64,000 bases of DNA. Source: Octopus sinensis (lineage: Eukaryota). Below the pieces are notes generated by a model, which had not been told where the DNA came from, did no database searches, and saw nothing but the letters and a program-made list of their open reading frames with translations. Below are positions 54,911 through 64,000 of this stretch, piece after piece. The stretch covers positions 74,400,001-74,464,000 of the forward strand of contig NC_043004.1 in assembly GCF_006345805.1 (NCBI RefSeq), read 5' to 3'. The position numbers and the translations under genes are program-made. How positions within the stretch are numbered: the stretch's first letter is position 1; every line of letters begins with the position of its first letter.

Positions 54911-56437
54911 ATGTGTGTGTGTGTGTGTGTAAACATGCTGAGTGAAAGAATGACATGAGTGAAGTGTATCTGATAAACAAGTCAAATACATTTAATGAAG
55001 ACTATATCAAGAGAAAAGGGCAATATTTCTGCCCCCTATGCAATATACCACAGTGACATCATCTCTATGACTCCATCACAAGCTGGGAAGAAAGAAGAAT
55101 AAATGAAAAGGAGTTTTTAACACAAAATATTAAGGCTAATTAAATATGTCCAAGTTATCATTTCAAACTCTTGTTATTGTTGGCAGAACTGTTAGCATAC
55201 TGGGCAAAGTGCTTAATGGTATTTTCTCCATTTTTACATTTAGAGTTCAAATTCTTTCAAGATCCACTTTGACTTTCATCCTTTTGGGGTCAATAAAATA
55301 AAATAAGGCATTGAGCTGGCAGAATCGTTGGCATGCTGAACAAAATGCTTTGTGGCATTTCATCTATCTTTGTGTTCTAAGTTCAAATTCCACTAAGGTC
55401 CATTTGGCTTTTCATCCTTTCAGGGTCAGTAAAATAAATACCAGTTGAGTACTGGGGTTGATGTAATCAACACACACCCTCCCTGGAAATTAATCATTTC
55501 TGCTCTAGGCACAAGGCCTTGAAAATTTTGGGGGAAGGGGGTTAGTTGTATATAGCGACCCTAATGCATAACTGGTATTTATTTCATCAACTCTGAGAAA
55601 GGATGAAAGGCAAAGTCGACCTCAATGGAATTTGAACTCAGAACATAGTGGCAGATGAAATGCCACTAAGCATTTCACCCAGTGTGCTAATAATTCTGCC
55701 ATCTCACCACCTTACCCTCCCTCCCTCAAAACTGCTGGCCTTTGCCAAAATTAGAATCCAGTATTTTGTTATTGTTATTCTTAGTCAAATCATCCTATCC
55801 ATGCTAGCATGGAAAGCGGACGTTAAAGGATGATGACGATGATGATGATGATATATATATATATATATACACACACACTGTGCTTGAGGAGACCTATTGA
55901 GTCAAGTACAGCAACATCAAAAAATCAAATGGAAATTGTAGTTGTGATACCTGTGCCTGTGGCACGTAAAAGAACCATCCGAGCATGGCCGATGCCAGTG
56001 CTGCCTTGACCGGCTTCCTTGCCGGTGGCACATAAAAAGTACCAACCAATCGTGGCCATTGCCAGCCTTGCCTGGCACATAAAAGGGACCCACTACACTC
56101 ACATAGTGGTTGGCATTAGGAAGGGCATCCAGCTGTAGAAACACTGCCAGATCAGACTGGAGCCTGGTCTTGCTTCCCAGACCCCAGTCGAACCGTCTAA
56201 CCCATGCTAGCATGGAAAATGGACGTTAAACAATGATGATGATGATGATTCTTAATACCTAATGTCCTTTTTGTCTTACATTCACATTCTCTAATGCACT
56301 GTATTTCTATTTATCTGGCTATTTTTTTTTTTTTTTGAAAATCTTGCATTTCTCTTGAAAGTTTCCATAAAAAACTACATCTGTAGAGAATGGCACCGCT
56401 AGTTCATTTGTAACAATTACTTCAAATTTCTTTGCAG

Positions 56438-56476
56438 GTGACCATTCCACTTCTTCACAGCAATCCACAACTCAAG
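56438..56476 (+). CDS. MANSC-domain protein, 39-nt microexon
   Basis: tttctttgcag|GTGACC...CAAG|gtaggt; encodes GDHSTSSQQSTTQ; phase 1-1. Confidence 0.72.
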
Positions 56477-56654
56477 GTAGGTAACAACTCTATCCCACTA
56501 ACCCATTTTTAACTTTTCTAACAAGAATAAAACTGCATTCGTATTTCATTTTCATAATAACCAAATCTTTATAATAGGTTTAGTAAAACTGTCAACTTAA
56601 TTAAATACAAATGATTAATTACTTATTGTAAACCTAATAGCATTTTTTCCTAGC

Positions 56655-57418
56655 AAGTTTGGGTACTTTTTGGTTATCTCACCCCCATTCAAAACTTGCC
56701 ATTAAAAAATTGGGTTATCTCCCCATTAAAAAGTTGAGTATATGTGGAAACAAGAGATTGGATTAAAAGGGTTGGGATCCTTTTGATTACTCTTTTTACT
56801 CTTTTACTTGTTTCAGTCATTTGACTGCAGCCATGCTGGAGCACCACCTTTAGTCGAACAACCCCAGGACTTATTCTTTATAAGCCTAGTTCTTATTCTA
56901 TCAGTCTTTTTTGCCGAACTGCTAAGTTACGGGGATGCAAACACACCAGCATCAATTGTCAAACGATGTTGGGGGGACAAACACAGACGCACAAACATAT
57001 ACACTCATATATATACATATACATGTATATGACGGGCTTCTTTCAGTTTCCATCTACCAAATCCACTCACAAAGCTTTGGTCAGCCCGAAGCTATAGTAG
57101 AAGACACTTACCCAAGGTGCCACGCAGTGGGACTGAACCCGGAACCATGTGGTTGGTGAGCAAGCTACTTACTACACAGCCACTCCTGCGCCTATACTTC
57201 AACACATTGTTGACTTTTGGCCCCCTCAATATGCATAGTATGATTTGTTATAAAAATGTTATTAGATTCAATAAGACGTTTACTCTTTTCACTTTACATA
57301 TTTATTAATTTTTTGTCATTTTGTTTTTTATTTTATTGAGAGATAAACAATTTTTTAGTTAGGGAAGATAACCCAATTTTTTAATGGGGGTGAGATAACC
57401 AAAGAGTAGCCAAGTCTG
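56655..57418. mobile_element. MITE with long imperfect TIRs containing a nested family A SINE
   Basis: ttggttatctcacccccatt...aaaaaattgggttatct versus agataacccaattttttaatgggggtgagataaccaa. Confidence 0.7.
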
Positions 57419-60325
57419 TTTGCTATGCTGCACTGAGAAAACATTTATAGAATGGCTTTGCTTCTTGCAAGATGTTGCATGAACATGACTAATAATAACT
57501 AATCAACAAAATTTATTAACTTCTCAAACATATAATTTGAGACTTTGATTAACTTCAATCCTTAGTTATTTCAAGTACATACAAATTTAAATCATAAAAA
57601 CATGTAATTATGCAACTAACCTCTGCTCCCTAAAATTGCTGGCCTTGAGCCAAAGTTTGAAACCGTTATTATTATTATTATTATCTTAAGACAATTTATT
57701 ATGATATTGTTATCATGTCTGTAAGGGTGGCACAGGTGGTAATGCTCTGAGAAGTGATTAATTGATTAATGAGAGTTGCATTTTATCCCACTGCTGGTCT
57801 ACAAGAAATATTTACTATACTTAGTTCTATAAACTATAGCTACTCTAACACATGTGCGTGTGTGGGTGGGGGTGGGGGTAAAGGATCAAGGGGTCACTAA
57901 CTGACCTGCCTGAACTTAGATTTAAACAATTTACCAGAAATACTTCCAGACAAGTTGATATTGAAAGGGTTTGAGCTGTTTCTGGATTTCGTATTTCTTA
58001 CTACAACTTCTTATAGTTTTAAACCCTTCCCCCAAGTTATAAACTCCATCTCTCATCCTCTGTTCAGTTTTTATTATATCTCACTTCTAAATATTGATGT
58101 TAATTTATTTAACCAATCTTTTGTCTTCAAAACTGAATCTTTCTGAAATTCTTGGATGAACTTTCCTTCTGACACAACCACTGACCTGCAGCAACGCATA
58201 CTAATGATATCCAAAGTGTTTCAAGCCTCAAATCTAGGACGGTCTAAAAGAGATAAGAGATAATGGTACTGGTCTCTCTCATCCCTCACTCTCTCTCTCT
58301 CTAACTCTCTCCCTCTCTTCCTCTCTCTCGACAGACTAACATATATAACCTAACAAAATGTTATTCTTAAAATTCTATGATGGTGGTGGTAATGGTGGTG
58401 GTAATGATGATGATGATGATGATGATGATGATAATGATCGTTTCTTTTTTACTTGTTTCAGTCATTAGACTACGGCCATGCTGGTGCACCACCTTCAAGA
58501 ATTATAGCTGAATGAATCAAATCTCAGTATTTTTATATTTAAAAAAATTTTTTTATCCCATGCCTGGTACTTATTTTATCAGTCTCTTTTACTGAACCAC
58601 TAAGTTACAAGGATATAAAGGCATCAACACTATTTGTCAAGCAGTGGTGGGGGACAAACTCAGATGCAAACACACACACTTATATACAATGGGCTTCTTT
58701 CAGTCTTTGTCTATCAAATCCTCTCAAAGTCATTGATCAGCTTGACGCTACAGTAGAAGACACCTGACCAAGGTGCCACACAGTGGGACTGAACCTTAAA
58801 CTATATGACTGGGAAGCGAACGACTTACCCCCCAGCCTCAAGAAGTCTACCTATACGTAATTATGTCATTTTCATTTTTCCATGGGTTCTAGGACTTGTA
58901 TGGCTTGAGCTTAACTCAGTTTCCATGGCATGTAAGTGACTGAGATTACAACACACCCCACTGAATGAGATGTTGGTCTGTTACAAGATCAAACTTCCTA
59001 TATATTGCAGAAACTCATTGTCGGCTGAGTGGACTGGAGCAATGTAAAATGGAATGTTTCGTTCAAAATCACAACACCCCATCCAGTCCAGAACTCAAAA
59101 CAATTTTACAATCATCGGTGCAACACCCTAGCCACCAGGTCACATGTCTTCACAACTTCATTATGTATTGGTTGCTTATCTAATTTCATTTGTTTGTCTT
59201 AGCTAAGTGAGGAGTGGGAAGAGTCAGTGACCAGGAGAGTTGCAAACTTTCGCAGAATATTGAGACTAGTGTGGATAATGTCTAATTTGAACATCTGCAG
59301 GTGAATGTTTATAGGAACAATGCCAGTGAGAGGTAACAACATGTTCTAGCAACAGAGTGAATTCCATCACCAGCTACACCCAGGACTTGGTGGTCATATT
59401 AAACTAACCAGTACATTGCTGCTACCTTCTATCGAGCCCCTGTTCTGCTCTGGTCTAGCCAAGCTTTGACCAAATGCATTCCAGCTTTGACCATTCCAAT
59501 TTTTGAGGTGAATCTAAGACAAAATTACCCAAAGTATTTGTCTCTTTATACTGAGCTCTCTTTTGTGTTTTGTATTGATCTGTCATATCATCAATGTATC
59601 ATTCTACCTGTCCTTCAATCTATTCATTTATCTATCTATCTCTCTATCTATCCATTTATCCCTGTTTATCTACCCTACTCTTTTTCTCCCCACTTCTTTT
59701 CCTGTTTCAATAATCTTTTCTTGCCTGTTACTGTTTCCTTCTTTCCCTTTCCAATGGGTCCCACAAGCCTTTCTTCATCTATTTCTAGTGGTATTCATTC
59801 TTTCAAACTGGCCGTTCAACTAGTCAGTCACACTTATTAATTTAAAGTTTTTCTTGTTGCTTTTTTTTTTTTTTTTTGCAGCTCTTGGTTTGCAAAGCCA
59901 ACAGAGGACACTATCTCTCCTGTTAGCATTACTCAACACAACTTGTCCTAATTTCATAGCTAAGTCAAAAGGCATTTTATGTATACATAATATACATTTC
60001 TTTTTCTCATTTACAAACTGTATTTTTTCTGTCACAGTCTTTGCAACAGTTTTTTCTGTCCATTTTCTATCAAATCTGTTCATCCATACATCAGCAACTT
60101 TTGGAGCTGACATCATCAATGTGAATATTATTCTCCGAAAGTGTCAAAATTGTGATGAAATTTGGGTGACATATGATGAGGGATAGAGTATGTTTGCATT
60201 TATGTGTGCGTATTTTTCATTTTTTCCTACATTCCTTTGGCATCCCTCTGTGCCACCTTTTACATTTTATATAAAAATGTATGTATGATATTTATATAAG
60301 CATTATATATATATTGCTATTGCAG

Positions 60326-60619
60326 ATTATAATGATTTTTTAACATCAAATATTGGTTACCCAATTACTGAAACATCTCAATCAACCAATGAAGTTTTGT
60401 CAACCACTCTTAGTGTTTCCACCAGCTCAGTTCCATCCGGTCAGGATCAAACCTCAACAACTGAAAGTACATCATTACAAAATACAGACATATTTTCTAC
60501 TATCCCTGCAAACACCACCAATCAAAATTCTATATTTAGTAGCACCTCACCCAGTAATTCTACAAGCAGCTCTTCCAACATGACCACCACCAACCCTGAA
60601 GGAACGACTACCAATTATA
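60326..60619 (+). CDS. MANSC-domain protein, Ser/Thr-rich mucin exon
   Basis: ttgcag acceptor; DYNDFLTSNIGYPITETSQSTNEVLSTTLSVSTSS...TTTNPEGTTTNY; donor A|GTCAGT, 294 nt, phase 1-1; in-frame TGA at 60625-60627 if unspliced. Confidence 0.8.
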
Positions 60620-61551
60620 GTCAGTGAATGTATTTTATACATAGTCTTTTATTAAAATATTGTTGTTATTTTATTGTAGCTGATCCCCAGGTGAGCCTTG
60701 ATCAACTAGACTTACAATGGTGTTAAATCCATGACTAGATCTTCTCATCTTTTTTGTTATCCAAAGTGTTATTTCTTTAGCTTGTTATAAGAGGAAGATT
60801 TGTCTGCTATTTCTAGCAAGTCAAGAGACTGTATAAATCTTCTCTTGTCAAGCTGTCACTTTATGTTTATTCTTGTAGATATTGTAGATGCAAGGAATGA
60901 GACAGTTGGGTGCAGCTGTTTGGATGCTAATGGTTTGGCATGGCTGACCGGACATACAATCCTTTTTTAACAACAGAACTTTTTGGCATTGGAGGCAAAC
61001 ACACATTTGCACACACACACACACACACAAACTGACAGACATACACACACTCATATAAACGCATTCATACATATATTACACATAAAAGTGCATGCATGTC
61101 TATGTGGATAGGCTCAGGCATGGCTGTGTGGTAAAAGAGCTCATTTTGCAATCATGTTGTTTCAGGTTCGATCCCACTTTGCAGCAACTTGGGATAAATA
61201 TTTTCTACCATAGCCATGAACTAACTAATGCCTTGTGAGTACACACACACACATACACTTGAAATGTACACATATAGATAGAAAGAGAGAGAGAGAAAGA
61301 GAGATCAGGAAATTATAATTTATCAATTGAATATGAGTGACATAAACACTTTAGCTTTCCTTATACGCATAGAGAAATATAGTCACACACATAAACACAG
61401 AGAGAGAGGAGGGAGAGAGAGTGGGAGATGAGAGAGGTGTGGGTAACATTAAAGCAAAAGAAATATTAAGATGCTGGATGTCAAATAAATCAGCATCAGA
61501 TCAGCAACTCCAAATAGGCAGTGCCAAAGCAGTTGTACCGAAATGTCTTAT

Positions 61552-64000
61552 ATAATAATAATAATAATAATAATTGTGTACAGTGCTCAGGTGCACTACA
61601 ACTCATCTAAAGTGTATATATAATCAGGTGTAGTTTCGGCGGATTTCGGAAAGCATGAGGGCCTTAAAAGATGCAGTGTCATGGCAGTCAACAACTGACG
61701 CAGGCAGTTTATTCCATGCTTCGGCAACTCTGAGCGTGAAAAAATGTTTCCGAAAGTCATGGGAGCTGTATTGTTTTCTGACTTTGTAGGCATGTCCACG
61801 TGTGTTAGACACATGGAGATCAAAAGGTGTTCAGTGTTGTTGTTGGTGAGGTGGTTGATAACTTTGTGGGTGTTTACCAAGTCCGTCGCCAAACGCCGGA
61901 GCTTCAGTGAATCCATGCCCAGGGAAACAAGGCGCTCAGAATATGGTAGGTGTCTGATGGAGGGTATGCGTTTGGTTGCACGTCTCTGGACAGATTCCAG
62001 GAGGTCAATGTTCTGTGCAAGATAGGGGTTCCAAACTGATGATGCGAATTCCAAGTGTGGTCGTACCATAGCTGTATACAGTTTTAAATAGATGGCTGGA
62101 GAGCGGCTAACAAAAGACCTGCTGAGTGATGCCAAGACACCCTCGGCCTTCCTGACAATCTTAGAGATATGCTTTGACCAACGCAAATCACTGCTGACAG
62201 TGATGCCTAGGTCACGCTCGCAAGAGGATTTCTTGATATCAGTGTTGTGGAGGGAGTAAGTGAACGCAGGGTTTTTTCTCCCAAAATGCATGGTGGTACA
62301 CTTGTCCACAGCCAGTTTCAGTTGCCAGTCTGTGATCCATTGCTGCATTGTGTCTAGGTCTGATTGCATGAAAGAGTTGTAGACATCAGGATCTGTCCTC
62401 TTGATTTCAAGGTACAACTTGATGTCGTCTGCATATTTCAATACTGTGGCATTCTTTAAATTGGCATCTATGTCGTTAATGTATGCCACAAACAAGAGGG
62501 GACCAAGGACAGATCCCTGTGGTACACCCGATGACATCTCATATGGTGTAGAGTGCTGTCCTAGAACTGTGACTACCTCCTTTCGGCTGAGGATGAAGGA
62601 TTTCAACCAGTTAAAAAGGTCATCCCCCACACCCATTGCAGAGAGTTTCACCATAAGCCTTTTGTGTGGCACAGAGTTGAAAGCCTTAGCAAAGTCAAGG
62701 TAGACAACATCCACCCATGAGCCACTGTCAGTAATCTGAGTAATGTCCTCAAGGAACTCGACAAGCTGGTCACTGCAGCTGGAGTTAGGGACAAATCCAT
62801 ATTGTGAGGGTCGGATGAGACTGTGAGAGCTCCAGAAGTTCCAGAGTGTTTCTCTGACACACGATTCCATCAGTTTTGCAATACAGCTAGTGAGACTGAC
62901 TGGGCGATAGTTGACAGGTGATGTGCGGTCGCCCTTTTTGAACAGAGGAATGACACTGGCAGTTTTCCACTGCTCCGGAGTAGCACCATTGTTGAGACAG
63001 TACTGGAAGAAAATAGAAAGCTGGTGTAAAAGGAAGTGCCTGCCACGTTTGAGAAGCAGGTATGTAACTCCATCGAGACCAGGGGAGGCATAGTTGCACT
63101 TATTTTGAAGGTGACGTCGCAGCATTGCAGGTGTAAATTCCATAGTTGTTATGGAGTTTGCTGTTAGTGATGGTGAAGATGGTACATTTTGACTTTCAAC
63201 AGTGAATATGTTTGCATAGTACTCGGCAATGAGTTCTGCGCATTCCTTGGGGTCGTCAGTGATCTGTTTGTGTGAGGGTTGCGAAGAGGGCCCACTGGAG
63301 AGTGAGGTCTCTGCTTTGAGTGCACATATTTCCAGAAAACCTTGCTGTCAGGATTGGCTGCTATGCACTGTTCAAATTCAAGCACTGCTTTTTTTGTCAC
63401 TTGCTTGAGATGGTTGGAGGATTTATTCCGCTTCTTCCTGTGGTGTCTGATTTATGCAACCTGTATTCCCGTTCAGCAGTCCGACGTTCCCTCCTGGCAA
63501 GTCGGACCGCTGAAGTTTCCCAAATTGCCCTTTTGGGGCGGTTCTTCTTTTTTTGTTTACGTGGCACAGATGCTGCACATGCTGCCCATATTGAGTCCAG
63601 GATACTCTGGAGTATAGTATTCACATCTCCAGAGTTGTAGAATTCATGCCAGTTTGGGTGCTGTAGTTCAGTGTGGTACAGGTTCCAATCTGCTCTCTTC
63701 CAATCGAAGGAAGCAGATTGTAGATGGTTCAGGTTTTCGTTGCCCGCAAGAGCCAGATTGGCGATGATCATAGCATGATCAGAGTCACCTAGAGGTTCCT
63801 CCGTAGTGCAATTGATAACCGCTTCAGGAGTTGTGGTGAAGAGCAGGTCCAAGGTGTTGTCGCCTCTTGTTGGAGAGGTGACTACTTGTGACCAGTTGAG
63901 TCCAGCACAAGCTCAACAAAATCGTTTGCACTCTGTGGCCAATGGAAGGTCTCCCAATCGATCTCAGGATGATTGAAATCGCCTGCAATAAACACATAAG
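61552..64000 (-). mobile_element. CR1-clade LINE ORF2 (APE end plus reverse transcriptase), few frameshifts, (ATT)n tail
   Basis: LDLLFTT..LGDSDH; YRPVSLTS, YLDFAKAF, GVPQGSVLGPLLF, YADD; C-terminal TRGHAYK..RKHFFTLRVAEAWNKLP. Continues beyond the window. Confidence 0.95.

Noticed and set aside
58191-58240. Extra S/T-rich exon (ATHTNDIQSVSSLKSRT)
   Set aside because: Weak acceptor and no phase-1 donor before the stop.

Overview
AT-rich, repeat-dense animal DNA. The tRNA-derived SINE families and the (TATG)n/(TA)n/(TG)n microsatellite load look like an Octopus genome; this is inference from pattern recognition, not a database search. One host gene is supportable: a + strand spliced gene (exons 48022-48229, 51573-51809, 56438-56476, 60326-60619, probably continuing past the window) encoding a signal peptide, an 8-Cys MANSC/MANEC-like domain and a Ser/Thr-rich mucin stalk. 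The rest is mostly transposon debris: a hAT, mariner and maT elements, MITEs, a Gypsy-type solo LTR, CR1, RTE, R4-like and L1/Tx1-like LINE pieces, and dozens of SINEs. The most unusual signals are (i) a TSD-bounded tRNA-headed SINE carrying a Penelope-type minimal hammerhead ribozyme, plus several other hammerhead-like repeats, (ii) SINE concatemers sharing one recurrent junction, (iii) R4-like fragments sitting inside (TATG)n arrays and (iv) a CpG-decay boundary near 34 kb. Most ORFs in the supplied track are microsatellite or SINE artefacts.
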